From the IMG/VR virus record IMGVR_UViG_3300020192_000001, positions 3,117 through 67,116 of that record: a stretch of DNA of 64,000 nt. One strand, given 5' to 3'. How positions within the stretch are numbered: the stretch's first letter is position 1; the number at the start of each line of letters is the position of its first letter. This DNA is from a virus. This document shows, piece by piece, positions 16,439 to 25,738 of this stretch. The translations under genes were made by a program, and so were the position numbers. Below the pieces are notes generated by a model. It was not told the origin of the DNA and did no database searches. It saw only the letters and a list, made by a program, of their open reading frames with translations.

Positions 16439-17404
16439 ATGATGACTCTTGCCACAGCACGGGCGAAATTCGTCAACCAGGCGACGAAAACCGGCGATCC
16501 TTACGCGGTGGACGTGCTGGAGAACATCAATTCCGTGATGGAGAGATTTCAGACCATGGGGAAATGGAAGTCCTGCTTTGTCGAGATCGCTCTGACGGTT
16601 TATGATGGGGTGGTGACGCTGCCTCGGCACTGCCAAAGCATGATGTTTTACCGCAAGAACAATGCGCCCATCGCGATCAAAAACCAATGGTTTGAATGGT
16701 TGCAATTCGGGTTGGGCTTCCGCGAAGTGGACAAGTGCATGTCCTTCGCCTTCGATCAAGGCTCACGCTTCTGTTCCTTCCGGGATTTCGCTGCACCGCG
16801 CAAGCTGCGAGCCAAGGCGATGTCCGGGGACGACGCCACCATTGCCGTTGTCTTCCAAGGCACGACCGCTGATGGTCGCCGAGTCTATACCGATGAACCC
16901 CCAGCCACACACCCAGTCAACGGGGCGAAGGTGACACTTTCCGGCGGAGTGGGGACTACGACCGAACTCTTTGCCGCCTTTGAGGGATTTTCCAAGCCTG
17001 CCACGCATGACTATGTGGAAATCTGGACGGTCAATCCGGTTGATAGCAGCGATGAAACGCTCATCGCCCTCTACGAACCCGGCGAGATCGCCCCGCAATA
17101 CCGCCGCTACAAGGTCGGCCCGCTCGAAGGGACAGACACCATGCACGCGATTTGTAAATTGCAATACGTGCCACTGGCCAGTGACATGGACATGCTTTTT
17201 CCGTCGAACACCGGCGCAATCAAAAACGGGCTCCTTGCCCTGAGTTTCGAGGATCAAGCCGAATTGGAAAGGTCCGATGGCTATTGGGCACGTGCCTTCG
17301 GCATCCTCAACAGCGAACTGGCCCAGGAACGCGGCGGAGCCAATGCCCCTGTGGTTTTTAATTTCGACGGTGGCCGACAACCTAAAATTGGAGCAATGAT
17401 GTAA
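16439..17404 (+). CDS. Putative head-tail adaptor/tail protein
   Basis: 321 aa; helical ends around a beta core; structural context. Confidence 0.5.
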   Translation: MMTLATARAKFVNQATKTGDPYAVDVLENINSVMERFQTMGKWKSCFVEIALTVYDGVVTLPRHCQSMMFYRKNNAPIAIKNQWFEWLQFGLGFREVDKCMSFAFDQGSRFCSFRDFAAPRKLRAKAMSGDDATIAVVFQGTTADGRRVYTDEPPATHPVNGAKVTLSGGVGTTTELFAAFEGFSKPATHDYVEIWTVNPVDSSDETLIALYEPGEIAPQYRRYKVGPLEGTDTMHAICKLQYVPLASDMDMLFPSNTGAIKNGLLALSFEDQAELERSDGYWARAFGILNSELAQERGGANAPVVFNFDGGRQPKIGAMM

Positions 17405-17405
17405 T

Positions 17406-19058
17406 ATGGCCGCAGGATTCTACATCGCCCCCGCCCGCCGCAGGGATGACTATTGGGAAAACCGGATGCGTCGAAGGTCGCCCGGAACGATCACGAAGAT
17501 TGAGACGCCCGATGGCGAGGAACTTGTGACCCGCAACTCGAAGGGCGATAATGTTGCCCGCTCTGGCGAAGAGGGAGACGACCCCATTGCCCTTGCCGTT
17601 TCTCAGCTTGCCCGCGATAACGCCTTGCCGCCCACCGTGCCAATTACGGTGCGCCGGCCCGATGGCCTGCCGCCCTCGAACGAGAATACTTCTTTTGTTC
17701 GTGAACCTTTTCAACCTCTCAGCGGCAAGACCGCCCAGACGCCTTATGGGACGCTCTCCTCGCGCCCGCAGACCGAGGAGGAACGCCTTGCCCGTGAGTG
17801 GACCGAAAACGTGACGCGGCCCGCCAGCGTAAACGGGCGGCCCGCCCAGCGCGGAGAGGATAATATCGTGCCAACGCCTCCGCCAAATCCCGCTGTGGCC
17901 AATGCCAGCCGGGAGCAAGTGGAATTACTCGGCCGGATTTTTCAAAATCCCGATGCCCTCAACCCATTAACAGGTTCGCGCATGGGCGACGATCCGGCTT
18001 ATCAGAAGTGGGCAGATGAGAATAACGTCAAAGAACCCGGCCAAGCCTTTGCTCAATTCCGCGACGACAAGGACGAAGAGGTAAGGGTCGCCGAATATCA
18101 AGCCGGTTTGCTGCGGAAGTTTTCCCAAGAATCCCGCGATGCCAGAACCGAAACCGCCGCAGGGCGGAGAGGCCAGGCTCCGCGCGAGCGGGTGACATCA
18201 ACCGTCCGGCGCTCTCCCGCATTCATGGAGGCTCTCAACGACAAGACGCGCCAGGCCGCGCTGCGGCTGGATCGGATCCAGCGCGGCGAAACTGGCGATG
18301 AAGACCTTCTCCTCTCCGACATGCAGGATTTGCAGAACGCATCTCAAGGCGGAGCGTTCACGGCCAAGAACTCCCAACAGCTTGCAGAAACTCAGGAATT
18401 TGAGGATAATAAACGCAAGCTGGCGGATGATACCCAGATCCGCATGGATCAGGAGTCGCTTGGGGAAGCTCTATCCAAGGCCCGAACGCCCTTGGAGATT
18501 GAGGAAGCGATTCGCAATCATGGACTGGCCGTATCCAACGCAAAAGGCAAGGCGATGATTGATCCTTACCTCGACGAATTGAAAAAGCAAGATCCTGCGG
18601 CTATGCAGCACGCGCGGGATTTGCGTAAACAAGGTGAAGACCCCGGCAAAGCCATGGATCGAGGAAAATACTACGCGGAATATAAAGGTCGTCTGGATGA
18701 ACTGCGAAAAGCGGGAGGATACGATGAGAATTACCTCGTCGAAAATGGCGTTCAAGATGCCAATGGCCGAATCGTTGACGGAACGAAGCTCGAAGGTCTC
18801 ATCCAGCGGCAACAAACGATTACCAGTCAGGTCGATGCGCTGCAAAAGCGACTTCAATCTTCCCAAATTGTAGAAGAGGAAGAGACGCGCACCATCAACA
18901 AGATAAACGAATTGCAGAAGAACCGTTTCAAAGCTCCCGTTACTTCATTTACTATTCCCGCTGGTTCTCCAATTATGAAAGCGCCAGATGGCCCAGTAAC
19001 GACGAGAGATGGTAAAAATTACATCAAAAATGGAAACACCCTTACCCCGGCTCCGTAA
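17406..19058 (+). CDS. Putative internal virion/ejection protein
   Basis: 550 aa charged helical protein in the late region. Confidence 0.5.
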   Translation: MAAGFYIAPARRRDDYWENRMRRRSPGTITKIETPDGEELVTRNSKGDNVARSGEEGDDPIALAVSQLARDNALPPTVPITVRRPDGLPPSNENTSFVREPFQPLSGKTAQTPYGTLSSRPQTEEERLAREWTENVTRPASVNGRPAQRGEDNIVPTPPPNPAVANASREQVELLGRIFQNPDALNPLTGSRMGDDPAYQKWADENNVKEPGQAFAQFRDDKDEEVRVAEYQAGLLRKFSQESRDARTETAAGRRGQAPRERVTSTVRRSPAFMEALNDKTRQAALRLDRIQRGETGDEDLLLSDMQDLQNASQGGAFTAKNSQQLAETQEFEDNKRKLADDTQIRMDQESLGEALSKARTPLEIEEAIRNHGLAVSNAKGKAMIDPYLDELKKQDPAAMQHARDLRKQGEDPGKAMDRGKYYAEYKGRLDELRKAGGYDENYLVENGVQDANGRIVDGTKLEGLIQRQQTITSQVDALQKRLQSSQIVEEEETRTINKINELQKNRFKAPVTSFTIPAGSPIMKAPDGPVTTRDGKNYIKNGNTLTPAP

Positions 19059-19061
19059 TCT

Positions 19062-19361
19062 TTACGGAATGCTGGAGTAAATCTCTTTCCTGATTTTTTC
19101 AGCTTTGGCTTCGTAGGCTTCCCTCTCCGCACGATTATCTTTTACCGCCTGTATGCTGCGCCTGAACGCCTCTGCCTCCGCATCCTTTTTTTGCTGCTTG
19201 GCCATGGCGGCCAACTGGAGGGCAATCATTTGCTGCTGCGCAATGATTTCATCGGCCTGTTCGGAACTCACCGTTTTGACGGGAAGCACGACCATATATT
19301 GCTGGGCCGAGCAAAACGAGACGGAGAGAAGAAGCATTGCGAGGAGTAGGGATGTTCTCAT
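19062..19361 (-). CDS. Putative exported protein (lone reverse gene)
   Basis: MRTSLLLAMLLLSVSFCSAQQ signal peptide; coiled coil. Confidence 0.6.
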   Translation of the reverse strand: MRTSLLLAMLLLSVSFCSAQQYMVVLPVKTVSSEQADEIIAQQQMIALQLAAMAKQQKKDAEAEAFRRSIQAVKDNRAEREAYEAKAEKIRKEIYSSIP

Positions 19362-19412
19362 GGCGGAAATATCCCGCTACTCTCTGTTCAAGTCAAGAGC
19401 GTTCTCTGTTGC

Positions 19413-20030
19413 ATGATTATGTTGGCCCTCGTGAACCCAAGCCGCACGCCGCCGGGGGCTTTCCGCTATCAACAGCCGGAAACGGGGCATGACTTTCAAT
19501 CCATATCGCACAGTGCCATCATGGATGAGATCGCAATTCACCGCGCGCGCAACTCCCTCGACCTCTCGCCAGGGTGGCAGGATCGCGTAGTCTCCGAGAT
19601 GTGCGCACAAAATGGGTGGACCGGGGCCGTGTGCTTTGACCGCGAGGCGGATGCTTCTCGGGGCATCAGTTCCGGCGATGTGAAGAACTTCCTCAACGTG
19701 CTGGGAAACGTGCTGGCCTCTGGCGGTTCGCTGGTCGAGCAAGAGGAGGCCGAACGCCGGGCCGCCATTTGCACCGAGTGCCCGCAAAATATCGAAGTGC
19801 CGGGATGTTTGGGAATGTGCCCCGGCAGCGTAGCAAAGTTGCTTTTGCGCTTTGCGGCTGCCTTCCAGGGCCGAACCTTGCAAACTTCCCGCGATGCGGA
19901 ACTAAAATCCTGCGGGGTCTGCGGGTGCGCCAATGCCGCCCAGGTCCATGTTTCGCTTGAGACCTTGGCGCGAGTGCGCGGGGATTTCGTGTTTCCCGCC
20001 CCCTGCTGGAAAAAACCGGAGTCAGAGTAA
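19413..20030 (+). CDS. Cys-rich hypothetical phage protein
   Basis: RAAIC.ECP.N, C..C, CGVCGC and CWK motifs. Confidence 0.65.
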   Translation: MIMLALVNPSRTPPGAFRYQQPETGHDFQSISHSAIMDEIAIHRARNSLDLSPGWQDRVVSEMCAQNGWTGAVCFDREADASRGISSGDVKNFLNVLGNVLASGGSLVEQEEAERRAAICTECPQNIEVPGCLGMCPGSVAKLLLRFAAAFQGRTLQTSRDAELKSCGVCGCANAAQVHVSLETLARVRGDFVFPAPCWKKPESE

Positions 20031-20057
20031 TTTCGGCTTTTCTTCCGCGCCCGGCTA

Positions 20058-20078
20058 CTGCAAGTTGATTGCAATATG
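20058..20078 (+). promoter_or_regulatory. TTGCAA-N5-TTGC motif
   Basis: CTGCAA GTTGA TTGCAA TATG upstream of TerL. Confidence 0.5.
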
Positions 20079-20096
20079 TTCACGGAAATCTAAGGG

Positions 20097-21929
20097 ATGG
20101 CCGACCGACGCCAGATCCTCGCCCCGGATGGCACCGTAGTCCCGCCGGGGCATACTCTCGCCTACGGCTTGGTGTGGCCGCCCGGATGGACCCCGGCCAT
20201 GATCGAGATCGCGCTCTTCCGCAGTGCGCGGCAGAAAAACAAGCCTACGGCGATGGCTCTCCATTTCCGCAACTTCTCGGAAATCACGTGGGGACCGGGA
20301 AACAAAAACGTCAATTTTCAGTGGCATCCGTGGGCGGAACGGATGCTGAGTGCCGCCACCCGCACGAATTTTCTGGCCGTGGCGGGTTGCGCTGGCAGCG
20401 GGAAGAGTGCTTTTTACGGGGGCCTTTGGGCGACAGGCTCTTTTATCGCGAGCCCGACCAACACGCTTGTCATTGTGTGCTCGACCACGATCAAGGGCGC
20501 GGAGGGCCGGATTTGGGGATACATCCGCGATGCGTGGACCGGCTCGGCCTATGCGCAACCGGGCCGCCTGGTGGATTCCATGCATGTGATCTATCCCGTG
20601 GACGCGCACGGGGAAATTATCTCCAAGCGCATGGGGATCCATCTTATCGCGGCGGAAAAAGGCAAAGAGAAGGAGGCGGGGGAAAAATTGAAGGGGTTGC
20701 ACGCGGAAAATGTGATCCTGATTCTTGACGAGTTGCCGCTTTTGAGCAAAGCCACCATCCGCACGGCCATCGCCAACCTTTCTCAGGCCCCGCATTTCCA
20801 GATCATCGGACTGGGAAACCCGGCTGACTACTTTGACCCGTTCAGCGAATTGGCGAAACCGAAAGACGGTTGGCAGGTTATCAACGTGAATAGCGAAGAG
20901 TGGGAGACGGAGCGTGGCCTCTGTCTGCATTTCGACGCGACGAAGAGCCCGAACATCCTTGCCAACAAGGTCATTTTCCCATTTTTGCCCACGCCGGCGC
21001 AGATGGAAACCGCTGCCGTGCGATGCGGGGGAGAAAATACCCTGGCCTTCTGGACGGAGTGGCGCGGGTTCTGGCCGCCGAGCGATGTCGCCAGCGGGAT
21101 TTACTCCTCGTCGGAGATCGTGCTTTACGGAGCCGATAAGTCGGTGGCGGATGCGGATTGGGACGGCACGCCGATTTCTTTGTCAGGATTAGACCTTGGG
21201 CTGGTGAATGGCGGCGACCGCTGTGTCGCGTACTTCGCAAAATATGGACTGCTCAAGATCGGGAAAGTCTGCCTTTGCTTCGGTGACTACGTTTACATCA
21301 ACGAGGATGTGCTGGATCAACGAAACCCTCGCGAAGTGCAAATCATAATGCGGTGGCGGCAGGAATGCGAAGCGCGGGGAGTGCTCCCGGCCAATGCAGG
21401 CTACGACGCATCCGGCGGCGGCATCCCCTACGGTGGCTTTATTGATCTCCTCTGGTCTCGCGACGTGCATAAGATTCGCTTTCACGAAACCCCCTCGTTG
21501 CTTCCCATTTCCGATACCGACCGCACCCCGGCCAAGGAACGCTATGTGAATCGCGTCACCGAATTATGGTTCTCGGGCAAATGGATGATCCGCAATGGGA
21601 TCGTGCGCGGCATTGGGCCCGACCTGGCCGGGGAACTCTGCGAACGCCGCTACGAGGCCATGGGCAGCGGCGGAACCCTGCGCCTCAAGGCGGAATCGAA
21701 GGACGATATGAAGAAGCGCACCAATGGGAAGTCCCCGGACATCGGCGATGCCTTCGCCATTGTGATTGATCTTGTGCGAAAGAAATTCCGGTTCAATGCC
21801 AACCATGCCGGTCTCACCAAGCCGGGAGAGCTTTCCCACTGGAAGAAACATTCCATCATGCGGGATATTCCAGATGGGGGGTTTCGTTCGCCAGCGCAAG
21901 CGGGGCCGCACGTGCTCCGGGCGGCCTAA
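20097..21929 (+). CDS. terL: Terminase large subunit
   Basis: Walker A GCAGSGKS, Walker B LILDE, GLGNP coupling motif, nuclease GLDLG...D and ESKDDMKKR..GKSPDIGDA. Confidence 0.92.
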   Translation: MADRRQILAPDGTVVPPGHTLAYGLVWPPGWTPAMIEIALFRSARQKNKPTAMALHFRNFSEITWGPGNKNVNFQWHPWAERMLSAATRTNFLAVAGCAGSGKSAFYGGLWATGSFIASPTNTLVIVCSTTIKGAEGRIWGYIRDAWTGSAYAQPGRLVDSMHVIYPVDAHGEIISKRMGIHLIAAEKGKEKEAGEKLKGLHAENVILILDELPLLSKATIRTAIANLSQAPHFQIIGLGNPADYFDPFSELAKPKDGWQVINVNSEEWETERGLCLHFDATKSPNILANKVIFPFLPTPAQMETAAVRCGGENTLAFWTEWRGFWPPSDVASGIYSSSEIVLYGADKSVADADWDGTPISLSGLDLGLVNGGDRCVAYFAKYGLLKIGKVCLCFGDYVYINEDVLDQRNPREVQIIMRWRQECEARGVLPANAGYDASGGGIPYGGFIDLLWSRDVHKIRFHETPSLLPISDTDRTPAKERYVNRVTELWFSGKWMIRNGIVRGIGPDLAGELCERRYEAMGSGGTLRLKAESKDDMKKRTNGKSPDIGDAFAIVIDLVRKKFRFNANHAGLTKPGELSHWKKHSIMRDIPDGGFRSPAQAGPHVLRAA

Positions 21930-21960
21930 ATATCAATTCTTGACAATCTTTCTTTGCGTA

Positions 21961-21981
21961 ATGCAAATTCCTTGCAGTAAA
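21961..21981 (+). promoter_or_regulatory. TTGCAA-N5-TTGC motif
   Basis: ATGCAA ATTCC TTGCAG TAAA upstream of gene 22014. Confidence 0.5.
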
Positions 21982-22013
21982 CAGAGAACAAAGGCATCTC
22001 TCTGTTCGCAAGA

Positions 22014-23174
22014 ATGATCTACGTTTTCCCTGTATCCACATCGGACAGTTCACTCATTGATCCGCTCCATGCGGCCATCAAGCACCTTGGCGGAATGCAG
22101 GGGCGCAAGTGTGTGGCCATCGGCGACCAATCGGCCCGCGATGCGGTGGATTATTTGGCGGATCGCCTGGAAAACCTCAACGCGAAGGTGGAGAAACACA
22201 TTTTCCCCTTCACGTGCGAAGATGGCTGGCCGCGCGCCTGCAATCGCTATTTCACGGTGGCCGCTGCCCTCATGGCCAAGCAAGACGAGCCTTTTTATTA
22301 TTTTGAACTGGACAACACCCCGATCAAAGCGGGTTGGCTCGATAAAATCGAAGGGGAATACATGGCCGGTCTCGCGCGGGGCAAGCCGTTCATGGGGTAT
22401 CTGGTGCCGCACCGCGTCAACCGCAATGGCGTATGGTCCGACGATGGCAATGTGATGAACGGCTCCGGCGTTTATCCCTCCCTCTATGGGCATGTGTCGC
22501 TCCTGATCCGCGAAGTGGCACGGCAAAGCGTTCCTTGGGACGTGTATATGCGATGGGAGATGGTGAACGATTGCAAGGATGCCAACGATTTTCTCTTATT
22601 TAACTGGCACTCAACCAATTACCGATGGAAGGATTGCCTTGATGAGGCAACGGGAGCCACCGCTCCCCGGCTGGTTTGCGATATTGATAAACGCCCCGGC
22701 GGCATCTTGCACAACGGGAAATCCGATCCGGTGGAGTCGCGGCATTTTATCGTGCATGGGTGCAAGGATGGCTCGCTCTCCCGCATGGTCGTGGCGGGGG
22801 AGATCGCCGCTCCACCGATTACCAGTTTTGAGGAAGTTTCCATTCCCGCCACCCCGGCGGCGGGTTGGGACTCCATCAAAGATGAATCATTGCAGGGTGG
22901 ACAAGCCTGGTTAAGTCGCGAGTCCCATAAACTCGTCATCGAGGGTTCAAATCCCTCCCCTGCAACCAATTCAATCGCGAATGGTGCGCAGGGAGATCCT
23001 GCGACTCGGGGAAGAAAACCCCGGCATGAAACAAACCGATTGATCCCCGCTTCGGCCAAGAAAAAGAAAAAGCGCAAGCTGAACCTCTCCGAGGCTGAAC
23101 GCGCCCGACGCTCCGAACACGCCCGCAAGATGACCGAGGCCCGGCAAAATAAGATCGTGAGGATGGCCGCATGA
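22014..23174 (+). CDS. Glycosyltransferase-like protein with basic C-terminal tail; contains an embedded tRNA
   Basis: YFELDNTP..GWLD, MNGSGVYP, PWD and VHGCKDGS GT-A-like motifs. Confidence 0.6.
   Translation: MIYVFPVSTSDSSLIDPLHAAIKHLGGMQGRKCVAIGDQSARDAVDYLADRLENLNAKVEKHIFPFTCEDGWPRACNRYFTVAAALMAKQDEPFYYFELDNTPIKAGWLDKIEGEYMAGLARGKPFMGYLVPHRVNRNGVWSDDGNVMNGSGVYPSLYGHVSLLIREVARQSVPWDVYMRWEMVNDCKDANDFLLFNWHSTNYRWKDCLDEATGATAPRLVCDIDKRPGGILHNGKSDPVESRHFIVHGCKDGSLSRMVVAGEIAAPPITSFEEVSIPATPAAGWDSIKDESLQGGQAWLSRESHKLVIEGSNPSPATNSIANGAQGDPATRGRKPRHETNRLIPASAKKKKKRKLNLSEAERARRSEHARKMTEARQNKIVRMAA
22891..22968 (+). tRNA. tRNA-Met(CAT)-like gene, possibly pseudo (C at position 33)
   Basis: Acceptor TGCAGGG/CCCTGCA+ACCA, D-loop GG, anticodon stem CGAGT/ACTCG with CAT at 22926-22928, T-arm GAGGG-TTCAAAT-CCCTC. 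Confidence 0.75.
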
Positions 23175-25423
23175 ATTCGATTTTCGACGACATTTTTGTC
23201 GCATGTGATCCGCCGGATTCTCCGACCGATCCCAACACCAATCGGCGCGAGTGGCAGGTTGCCTATCTCACCGGGCTCTGGATGAAGCTCTTGGTGGCCG
23301 ACAAGCAAAGCGCATCCAACCGCTCCGCCATCCAATCCCTCTTTGACAACGCGCCGCCCTACATCGAAGGATCCCGCCTCAACGAAGGGCTGGAATTCCT
23401 CGCCAATTTCAACCCCGGCGATGCCCGCGCGGCACTCAATGCCGCCATCTCGCCCTTCGTCGAAATGATGAAGGCCACGGAATTCCCTTTGCGCATCCGC
23501 ACAAACTGGGGGTCCGATGGCCAGCGCAGCAACCACGAGGGGGTGATGTCGGAGGAGTGGGGCCGCGTCGTTCACGGCTGGTCCTACTGGAACTTCAACT
23601 TCCTGCACTTGTCCAATATCTTTGTCGGCCACGGAGTCGGCATCGCGTATTTTCTCGATGATCGCAACTGGCAATATCGCGCTTCTGGCATGGCGGACTT
23701 CAAAATCCCGCGCATGTCCTACGCCAACGAGGATGAAATCGAGATTGCCGTTTGCGCCCGCGCCTACCTGCCGCACCAACTGCGCGCCTACATCACGGGC
23801 ACAAGCGTTGATCCTGGGTGGAATGTCGATGCCGTCGAAAGTGCCATCGCCGAAGCACTGAAAGGAGCGGATATGGGCTCCGACCTCAATCGGGAACTGA
23901 AACCCGAAATGCTGGCGGCGGAGATGAAAAACGGAGATCCCAGCCTGAGTTACGCGACCAACACGGTGATTCGATGCATCCATGCGTGGGGCCGCGAACC
24001 GGACGGCACCATCACCCAGCTTATCAGCCTGGAAAGCGGCACAAATAAGAATTTTCTCTACAAAAAAACGGGACGATTCAAGGCCATGGGTGATGCGTTT
24101 GTGTTTTTCACCCTCAATATCGGGATCAACGGCTATTACCATTCCGTGCGCGGGCTGGGGGAACAGATTTACAATCTGGCAATGGAACTCGCCCGGATGG
24201 AGTGCCGAGCCAGCGACAACGCCAAGGTGGCATCCAGCCTGCTTTTCCAATCTTTAGAAGAGGGCGCATTCACCGAGGCCGCCATTAACTTTATCGGCCC
24301 GTGCGGTCAACTGCATAAGGATGCGCAGATCGTGGCCTATGAATTCCCGGACGCGACCAAAACCATCTTCCCCGTGCTGAATGAACAGCGCACGCTTTTG
24401 CAAAACCACATTGGTCAGTATGCCGGGCCGGTCAGTTTCAACGACAGCCGGGTGCAAACGAAGTTCGAGGTAAAAGCCCGCATGGGCGAGAGTGCCAGCG
24501 TGAGCGCGACCTCCAGCACGCTTTTTTACGAGTCGCTGCAAAAACTCTTGCGGCAAATGCTGCGGCGATTCATTCGTCCTGACTACCGAGCGGACGAGCC
24601 GGGGGGCAAGGAAGTCTTCGATTTTGTTCGTCGGTGCATCAAGCGGGGGGTGCCGCTCGAAGCGATCCGGCGCATTGATGTTTCCCGCTGCGAAGTGGTC
24701 CGCGCCTTCGGGGGAGGAAGTTCCGCCGAGCAACAGCTCATCTGGGATTCCGTCAAGGAACTCATCCCCTCCATGCCCGCCGCCGGGCGCTATAAAGCTG
24801 CGCGCAATTATCTCGCATCCCTCATTGGCTACGACGCCACCGAGGAATACATGCCGAAACTTCCTGATCAAAGCGCAACCGGAGACGAGCAAATCGCCAA
24901 CGTGGAAAACACCCAGCTTGCCAACGGGGCCGCCATCCCGGTCTTGCCCACGGCACTGCACGCCGCCCAGGCCCCCATTCACCTTGAGCAGATTCAGCAA
25001 ATGCGACAGGCCATCGAGCAGGAAGAATCCCTCTTGGCGCAAATCTTTCCCGGCTTCATGGCCACACTGGAACACACCACCTTGCATGTGGAATACCTCA
25101 GTGCCGATCCTTTCTATGCGAAGGAAAGCGCGGAATACCGGAAGATTTTGCAGGAGGCCCAGGAAATCGCCAACAACGGGGCGAAGGAACTCCAGCGAGC
25201 CGACGAGAAGGCCGCCATGGAAGCGCAACAAGGCGGAGACGCCGCTCCCGAGGCGCAAATCAATCCGCAAGTGCTGGCGCGGGTCGAGGAAAACCGCATG
25301 AAGCTCGACGCGGCGGAACAATCCCACCAGCAAGCCCTGCGGCACCGCGAGGATAAATTCAAGCAGGAGCGATCCATCGCCGACGCCACCGCCGCAGCCA
25401 AGATGCTACGCGATCCCACCTAA
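23171..25423 (+). CDS. Portal protein (putative)
   Basis: 750 aa between TerL and scaffold/capsid; Q/E-rich helical C-terminus. Confidence 0.75.
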   Translation: MNSIFDDIFVACDPPDSPTDPNTNRREWQVAYLTGLWMKLLVADKQSASNRSAIQSLFDNAPPYIEGSRLNEGLEFLANFNPGDARAALNAAISPFVEMMKATEFPLRIRTNWGSDGQRSNHEGVMSEEWGRVVHGWSYWNFNFLHLSNIFVGHGVGIAYFLDDRNWQYRASGMADFKIPRMSYANEDEIEIAVCARAYLPHQLRAYITGTSVDPGWNVDAVESAIAEALKGADMGSDLNRELKPEMLAAEMKNGDPSLSYATNTVIRCIHAWGREPDGTITQLISLESGTNKNFLYKKTGRFKAMGDAFVFFTLNIGINGYYHSVRGLGEQIYNLAMELARMECRASDNAKVASSLLFQSLEEGAFTEAAINFIGPCGQLHKDAQIVAYEFPDATKTIFPVLNEQRTLLQNHIGQYAGPVSFNDSRVQTKFEVKARMGESASVSATSSTLFYESLQKLLRQMLRRFIRPDYRADEPGGKEVFDFVRRCIKRGVPLEAIRRIDVSRCEVVRAFGGGSSAEQQLIWDSVKELIPSMPAAGRYKAARNYLASLIGYDATEEYMPKLPDQSATGDEQIANVENTQLANGAAIPVLPTALHAAQAPIHLEQIQQMRQAIEQEESLLAQIFPGFMATLEHTTLHVEYLSADPFYAKESAEYRKILQEAQEIANNGAKELQRADEKAAMEAQQGGDAAPEAQINPQVLARVEENRMKLDAAEQSHQQALRHREDKFKQERSIADATAAAKMLRDPT

Positions 25424-25426
25424 TTT

Positions 25427-25726
25427 ATGATGACCGATCAAGACGTTTGGTATGCCAACGGCAAGGACAAACAACTCGCCGAAGCCCTGGCCAACCCTGT
25501 TCTACAAAAAGCCCTCGCCATGCTGATGATGGCAGGGATCCCCAGCGGACGCACCAGCGGAGATGTTCCCAAGGAAGCTCTGGATGGCGCATGGGGGAAG
25601 GGGTATTTCGCTTTTTATCTCGGCCTGCACGCGCTGGCCGCACAGCGGCCCGAACCCGTGCAAGCCAGAAAATCGCGGGAACTCGTCCGCGACGACCTCC
25701 CCCCCGTCATTCCCCCTAACTCTTAA
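25427..25726 (+). CDS. Hypothetical protein
   Basis: Small ORF after portal. Confidence 0.6.
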   Translation: MMTDQDVWYANGKDKQLAEALANPVLQKALAMLMMAGIPSGRTSGDVPKEALDGAWGKGYFAFYLGLHALAAQRPEPVQARKSRELVRDDLPPVIPPNS

Positions 25727-25738
25727 TTCTCAAATCCT

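Noticed and set aside
22891-22968. tRNA as attP/attL prophage boundary
   Set aside because: It lies mid-operon between TerL and portal, with phage genes on both sides, no integrase nearby and no second copy.
22619-25345. Long minus-strand ORFs (543 aa, 363 aa), and likewise 60416-61927 and 56588-57694
   Set aside because: Shadows of GC-rich, codon-biased + strand genes, with no motifs or independent signals. They also show that open antisense frames can arise by chance in high-GC genes, a caveat for the antisense-ORF finding.
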